A stretch of 64,000 bases of DNA from Octopus vulgaris (Eukaryota): assembly GCA_951406725.2 (NCBI GenBank), contig OX597838.1, positions 5,518,001 through 5,582,000 on the forward strand, read 5' to 3'. Shown here piece after piece: positions 56,730 to 64,000 of the stretch. The notes under the pieces are model-generated. The model searched no databases. It saw only the letters and a program-made list of their open reading frames with translations, and was not told the origin of the DNA. A program made the position numbers and the translations under genes. Each line of letters starts with the position of its first letter. Within the stretch, counting starts at the first letter, position 1.

Positions 56730-57249
56730 ATATATATATATATATATACATACATGCACACACGCACAAATATATATATGCATACATACATAGATACATA
56801 CATACATACACGTATATATATATAATATGTAAATTATTAATCGGTTGTAAATTTTACTTCATATCACACACAAACATTCACATCGTTGCCACCCAATTAT
56901 ATATGTTCATGAATTTAGGATTAAATTAATTGTATTTTTGCTTGGTCAGGTGGAAAAAAGATAATATGGATTTGTTTGTAATATTATATCCTTGGCAAAG
57001 GAACTACAAAGTTATCTACGGTATTCTGAACTGCTCGACAGAAAAGCCACATCGCCGAAACCATTATTATAAGTAAGTACATTTTCCATAATAAACTAAT
57101 TTACATATCAGAGCTACATTATTCTACCACAACTATACCGTTTGCAGTGATTGCATACACAAGATCTTGTTTCTTCATTATTAATTACGCCTTTTATTTT
57201 GTGGCAATCATTTTTCGTTAACATTATTGCTAGGAATCACATTAACAAC

Positions 57250-57501
57250 CTTTTCTGCTAAAGGCACAAAAAGCTACAATCTGTGCAAGTGGGTTAACAT
57301 CGACTCCAGTACTTGACATGTTCGTATTTTATTTTATCGACGACGAAATAATGAAGAGACGAGCCAATCTTCACCGAATTAAAATGCAGAACGTAAAGAT
57401 AGACGAAATGTCCCGCTAAGCATTTTGTCCGGCTTGCGATCTCACTACCTTAAAAATAGCAACAACTACGATGACGACGCCAACAACAACAACAGCAACA
57501 C

Positions 57502-57569
<68 letters not shown>

Positions 57570-57783
57570 TAATGTTTTCTACTGAGGGCATAAGGCCTCA
57601 AATTTTTGGGGAGGGGACTAGTCGATTACATCGACGCCAGTCTCTCACTGGTACTTGATTTATCGACTCCGAAAGGATGACAGACAAAATCGCCCTCGGC
57701 GGAATTTGAACTCAAAACGTAGCGATGGGCGAAATACCGCTAAGCACGTTCTCCATCGCTGTGCTAACGATTCTGCCAGCTCA
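57250..57783 (-). mobile_element. Two SINE family B copies (about 57250-57440 degenerate; 57575-57783) separated by (TAA)n
   Basis: cctcggcggaatttgaactca..cgaaataccgctaagca..gtgctaacgattctgccagctc. Confidence 0.8.
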
Positions 57784-57789
57784 CTGATT

Positions 57790-58058
<269 letters not shown>

Positions 58059-58584
58059 ATGTCTTTGCTATTAATAATAATAACAAAGGCAAACTTGAAG
58101 GCGGCAATGACAATAATGAGAATTAAAATTTTATTTACCTGAATTTATAATTAAATTTGTGTTCGAAAGAATATTTTATTTGTATCTTGTCGAATGTTTA
58201 GTTCTAGCAGCAACATGGTTCGGTTGTTTTGTTTATTGGTGAATTTATGTTATTTTTCCGAGTATTTTTCATGTTACAATAGCTAACTGCTACATGTAAG
58301 TATCTAAGCGTATAGATATTTCAATTATCAGTATAACTGTGTTTATCTAATTATTGCATCAATATATTATTTATAATTAAACAGATTGTATACTTTGGAG
58401 TCTCAATCCTGTATTGTAAGATTTCTTATGGTTTCACCAAATATACGTGAGTATATATATATGTATGTGGTAATGTTTACATATCACATCTCTATATAAA
58501 TATATAAAATAATAACAGCTCTTGCGATAACTATCTGTTACCTACGTGTACATATCATTACGACATATAGTTTATGCATTTTCC

Positions 58585-58880
58585 GGAGGCGCAATGGCCC
58601 AGTGGTTAGGGCAGCGGACTCGCGGTCGCAGGATCGCGGTTTCGATTCCCAGACCGGGCGTTGTGAGTGTTTATTGAGCGAAAACACCTAAAAAAGCTCC
58701 ACGAAGCTCCGGCAGGGTGTGGTGATCCCTGCTGTACTCTTTCACCACTCTTTCTCCCACTCTTTCTTCTGTTGGCCTGCTCACTTAGCCAGCGGGGTGG
58801 CGTCATTCGAAGGCTAAAACAATGCGAACGCGATGTGTAACAACATCTGATGGGCTGGTCGGTCACGATGATCACGGTGA
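58585..58880 (+). mobile_element. SINE family A subtype 2, full length, ending in (TA)n
   Basis: ggaggcgcaatggcccagtggttagggcagcggactcgcggtcgcaggatcgcggtttcgattccc tRNA-like head; 3' body differs from subtype 1. Confidence 0.9.
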
Positions 58881-59020
58881 TATATATATATATATATATA
58901 ATGTTTTCCTCATTATATAAGCGCTAATGATCTAAGTGATATGATATATATATAAAAAATGTAATATACAAATAAATATCTGTTATTATAAACCATCCGA
59001 TTTTCTGAGTACCTCATTTC

Positions 59021-59052
<32 letters not shown>

Positions 59053-59109
59053 CTTACATACATATGTGTAAGAAAAGCTTTTAAAAATATACGTAGGAAG
59101 TTTTAAAAA

Positions 59110-59147
59110 ACCTTACATTTCGGATGAAACCCCTATCATCAGAAATA
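59110..59147 (-). ncRNA. Minimal type-I hammerhead-ribozyme-like motif
   Basis: Minus strand reads ttt-CTGATGA-tagggg-tttc-atcc-GAAA-T-GTA-agg; both core boxes intact; about 60 bp from a (TA)n tract. Confidence 0.45.
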
Positions 59148-61408
59148 TACAATCAAATAAATGTGTACTTATACAGATTCTTCCATTTTGCATATTTAGG
59201 TCTTCTTATCAGTTCTATTATCTTATAGCGGCTGCCCCAATATGAGAGCCGAAATCCTGTTGCACCTGTCGGGACCCAGTATCATGTCCACTTGAGCAAC
59301 GATGTATGATTAAATGTATCATATACAAGGCAGAATTTACTGCAATCCTAAATAATAATAAAAATAAAGCTACTATGTTGGCTAGCTAGATATGGACTTT
59401 GAAAGACAACGAAACATTGCATGTGATTAAGTGGAAGTTAATTGAGAAATTCGTACCTTATGTGAATGGATCGAATATGTGTAGACTTTGGTTGAAAGAG
59501 CACAGATCCTGTTCAGATCTAAGATCTTTTACACCCTATTGAACTCTAGGCCAGAACTTTTCAATTGCTGCATGCATATGTTTAAATATATGCACACAAA
59601 TTGAAAAGTATTCAAATTCAAACTCACTAGAAACATACACCGTGCATTTACATCTATAATTATCGAGATGTCGTAGATAATTATGCTTAGATAAAATTGT
59701 TAAATTTAATTTTTCAAAGCATATTCGGTTGGGAAGTGGGAATTACTTTGGTTTATATCCAGAAAGATGCTGTGGGTCTTCGGAAAAAATCCCTTCTTGG
59801 ACTACACTCTGTGATTAAATATAATAAAAACGTTACAGTTTTAAAACATATTATTATGCGGTTTACAGCAAATACTTAATTCATGTTGTAGAAGGTTAAA
59901 CAATTGTATGATACTTGCCTTAAATTTATATATATATGTATGTATGATGCATGCATGTATGGGTGTATGGATGTACATATACGTATACACGTATACATAT
60001 ACAAACAAATACATGTATGCATAAATAGATGAAAAAATATCTATATTTATATATACATATCAACATTTATGTGGTTGTGTATCGTTAATTATAGAATAGA
60101 TAAGCGTACTTATTTGCATGCTTATCTATATACTCAAATAATTATACCCAAAATCACACACACATATGCAAGCCCATATGTATACACACACACACACGCA
60201 TAGACACAAAAACACAGAGACATAAATAGATGTGTGTAGATACACATCTGTGAACGTGTGTATTACGCATTCATCTGGAATTTAATACTATAATTTGCAA
60301 GGTTTCGCAAAGTAGTATATTTAACTTAAATTTGTAACTTAAAATTAAAGACAAAATAAATACGTTAACATAAAATCGGAGAAATGTGATGGATGGTTAG
60401 TGGAAATAAAATTATCAAATATACCTTTAAAAGATCGATTAAAAGCTAGCTCTGTTATATAGAATCGAATAAGTAATGTCTCTGCAACATTTGGTACATA
60501 ATGAATTAATGGTTTCGAGGAAAGTAAGCGGATGTTGTTAACGCAGCAGAATTTCAAGTATTATTATTTGGCTTCTAAAATATTTATTTTATGATTTAGC
60601 AGCCCTTAAGGGTCTTATTATATTACTTGATGTTTCCTAGTGAATAGCATTTTATACGTGTAGGAAGGTGTCCTACTGGGTAGCGTGTTTGGCCGAAGAA
60701 CATTAGGTCACATGTTTATCTTTTCATAGCTTATAAAGCTGAGATGTCTCCTTCAGCATGGATGTTTTATCGTGTGTTTCTCAATCCTAATTAGTTATAG
60801 TAACCAGCGGTGTGCTAGTTTTCTTTTTATCACTTTTCCGCACTTACTGGGTGTTATCTGTTACAGAGTGAATCGACCTCGAAAGTAACGACTGTGAGGT
60901 AATAAGTTTGTTTCTAATCCTCGAGGTTCTGGGTTCAGTCCAACCGCGTAGCACATGGGTGCTGGAAAGAAAGAAGATGAGAAAAAGCGAGGAACAAACG
61001 TGAGGAAGTGAGTGCAAAAAATGGAAGAAGAAAATAGGATCTCAATCCAAAGCTGCTGATGCCCTCCAAATCGATTAAAGAAACCAGCCCATGTGTCCAC
61101 ACATGCCATCTATCTGTCAGTCCGTCTGTCTGTCTGTCTCGCTCTTCATATATATATGACTCAGCTAATATTTGCATGCATGTATGTTGAGGTCAACCTT
61201 TATGATCGAGAGAAATATATCATTTTCAGAATGGTATACTGCAAAGCAAATGAAGTTATAACTAACAGTGTGTAAATATAGGTCAAAGAAAACCCTTTAG
61301 CTAGAGATATCAGGAAGACGTTATATATGCGTCAATATATGAGTGTGTATATGTGTATCTATGTGTCTGTATAATGTACATACACGTGTTTGTCTCACGA
61401 GGAAATCG

Positions 61409-61782
61409 TGGCACTGCGTCGGTTACGACGACGGGGATTCCAGTTGTACCGATCAACAAAACAGCCTGCTCGTGAGATTATTGTGCAAATGGCTGAGCAC
61501 TCCACAGAACGTGTACCCTTAACGTAGTTCTCGGGGAGATTCTGCGTGACACATAGAGTAACGAGGTTGGCCTTTTAAAACAGGTAAACAGAAATAGGAG
61601 AAAGCGTGAGAGAAATTTGTGGTCAAAGAGTACAGTAAGGGTCGCCAAAACCACCTACCGGAGCTTCGTGAGGCTTTAGGTGTTTTCGCTGAATAAACAC
61701 TCACAACGCCCGATCTGGGAATCGAAACTGCGATCCTACGACCGCGAATGCGCTGCCATAACCACTGGGCAATTGCGTCTCC
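61409..61782 (-). mobile_element. SINE family A subtype 1
   Basis: Reverse complement collinear with 12598-12970 and 34053-34399. Confidence 0.85.
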
Positions 61783-63583
61783 ATTCACCAGAAAGTACTA
61801 TTTATGGGAAGAAAGAGTGTGTGTGTGCTACTTAAGGGGACAGAATTGCGTCTAAGTATCTTTTTTCCCCACTGTTGAGAAATGCTTATCAAAGTGTGAA
61901 CAGAACATACATGATTTCCATTTATTTTTTATTACACTTTTCGTAATCGTGAATAGTAAAATTTTCCATTCGTTATGGGTTCCCGATCAAGAGAAACTCG
62001 AGATTTAAAAAATAGTTAATGTAAAGTCTTTTAAATATTAAACTAACAGACTTCAATGGAGAAGATTGTATAGAGGCAGAGTTAGAGAGAGATATAGATA
62101 TAGATGTTTGCGTATGTCTAGCTGCGTGGGTGTAACGTATGCTTTTACTTGCTTTAAAGGTTGCAGTTGTAAATCGAAGTAAATATAATTTTAAACTCTT
62201 TGACATATTAAGATTAAAAAAATAGTAATAATCCTGTTAAAGAGATAGCAGTTAGAAGTTTAAAAGAGATTAACAAAACTAAAAATAAAAATCGGGATTT
62301 GTAAGTAACCTTAGTTCATTTGTCCCTTAGCTGCAACTTTTCCCACACCAAACATGTTTCCATCTTATTGTGTAATCTCAGCAAAAGCTGTTTCAATTAA
62401 TGGTTGCCAAGATCTCACAACATCTAATAGAAAATGTAATTGGTGCAGAGAATATTCAGCGATTGAGCAAATTAAAAATAACGACGTTGGATAATTTCCC
62501 AAATTCCCTTGTGCATAAACATTATATTTAAATAAAAGCGACCCTATTTGACGTGCTGGAGCGAAACTAATTTTTAATTGCTATTAAATTCTTATGAGAA
62601 ATAAAGTCAATGGCGTTAATTAATATGATATATTCTTTTACTATCTATTTGGTTACAGCCGTCTTATTGTACATACACTGGAGCATTGCCAGGAAGTTTA
62701 TTTCACACTTGTAATGAAAATGTGATGAATGAGAGGCTTTCAACCGTACCTGTTTTATTGTAACTCTTGCTGTGCAACAAAATTATCGGTCGTTATGCAC
62801 AACACTACGTACAAATCTTTTTTGCAAGTGTTGACATGTAAACGACGTATGAAATATTAAATAGCCATTTCGTTTAATTGTTTTGCAATAGATTGCTGTG
62901 ATACTCAATAGTGAGAGATGATTTCTTTCAACAATTCATTGGCATTTATTGCTTGGTGATGGCACCAGACCTTCCAAGAGCTTTTCGAGCAGATAACTAT
63001 GTATCGTTCCCTTATTTTTTTAATTTCCAGGGAATATAGCTCAACACCATATATCCACTGAACATGCAAGTATAACGTAACGGAGGTTTTACACGTTGTT
63101 GCTACATTGATGCCATGCGTTAATTAAAGAGATAACATTATGTCAAGCAATTCAAATATCCCCAAAATTTCTGAGTCTAGGACAAGAATCATTCCATGGC
63201 ATCTATGCCAACGTAGACTTCCGTTTCACAGGTTTTAAAACATCAGCATCGAATTTCATCCAATTTGTATCAGTGAATCTTTGTAAAAGAGTATCTAATT
63301 TCATGTACATTAAAAAACGTACAAAAACATCTAGAGGTTATTTATTGCATTTGACATAGTTAATTTACTGGATGTAACCTTAAATGTACAGGAATATACC
63401 TATAAGCCCTATAGTAAGACCAATGATAAAATTAGTTATATCAATATAGGTTCTTGTCACCCACAAATTGTTCTAAAGAATTTAATTATGATTGTCAGTA
63501 GCAGAATGTCTAACCCCTCATCTAATATAAACATATTTAACAGTGCTGAAAGTAAAAATTCGAGAAAAAACAACTCATGTCAA

Positions 63584-63652
<69 letters not shown>

Positions 63653-63654
<2 letters not shown>

Positions 63655-63775
63655 CGACGTGCTTCGTTCCTTTTGCGCCTACCAAGTCCACCCACAAAGA
63701 TATGTTCGGCCTGTGGTTATAGTAGAAGATGCAGTAGGACTGAATCCAGGAGCAACTTGTTGGGAGACAAAATTA
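63653..63775 (-). mobile_element. SINE family C, degenerate 5' half ending at (TA)n
   Basis: tacgacg.gctt..tatagtagaaga..gcagtaggactgaatcc matches 18198-18349. Confidence 0.6.
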
Positions 63776-63881
63776 CATACATGTATGTGTATGTAATATG
63801 ATATGGTTTGCGTTTCGCAAGTATTTTGTTTGCTATTTTGAATATATATGCAAATTTCAATGACTAAGGCTCTTCTTCTGA

Positions 63882-63931
63882 ATACATTTATTAATATTTA
63901 TATATATATATATATATATTAATAAATGTAT
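63882..63931. repeat. 50-bp near-perfect palindrome centred on (TA)n
   Basis: atacatttattaatat..atattaataaatgtat; one mismatch. Confidence 0.9.
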
Positions 63932-64000
63932 ACACATACACACACACACACACACATATATATATATGTGTGTGTGTGTGTTTGCGTGTGTATGTTTAAA

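Noticed and set aside
58585-58660. tRNA gene
   Set aside because: The tRNA-like head continues into a SINE body found in several copies, and the acceptor stem does not close; same for 45970-46044.
59228-59262. Hairpin cggct..agccg overlapping GAAA as a hammerhead
   Set aside because: No CUGANGA box upstream.
61800-63480. Long repeat-poor stretch as a coding exon cluster
   Set aside because: No convincing ORF or paired splice signals found; may be intronic or regulatory but nothing specific is supportable.

Overview
Very AT-rich eukaryotic non-coding DNA, densely filled with microsatellites ((TA)n, (CA)n, (TCTA)n, (TAA)n, (CAT)n, (CTA)n). The SINE families and repeat landscape resemble an octopus (cephalopod) genome; this is my inference from recognition, not from a search. 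I find no confidently supported host gene, and almost all ORFs in the track are stop-free microsatellite artefacts. Supported content: a decayed Penelope-like element (PLE) with RT and C-terminal GIY-YIG (13.8-15.5 kb); a full-length DD37D (maT-type) Tc1/mariner with TIRs and TA TSDs (47.3-48.6 kb); two clear non-autonomous Helitrons plus a possible third; CR1, R4/Dong and probable Tx1/L1 and second-PLE relics; and about 25 copies or fragments of four tRNA-derived SINE families. The most notable signal is about a dozen hammerhead-ribozyme (HHR)-like motifs in short PLE pseudo-LTR-like fragments, mostly abutting (TA)n tracts. They include a three-copy family with a consistent non-canonical core (CUGUNGA-A) and a two-copy family with a long stem II. 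Also notable are SINE dimers with the same junction at two loci, a swappable SINE 3' module, and Helitrons sharing a 3' end but not a 5' end. All calls are by eye; coordinates of degenerate elements are approximate.
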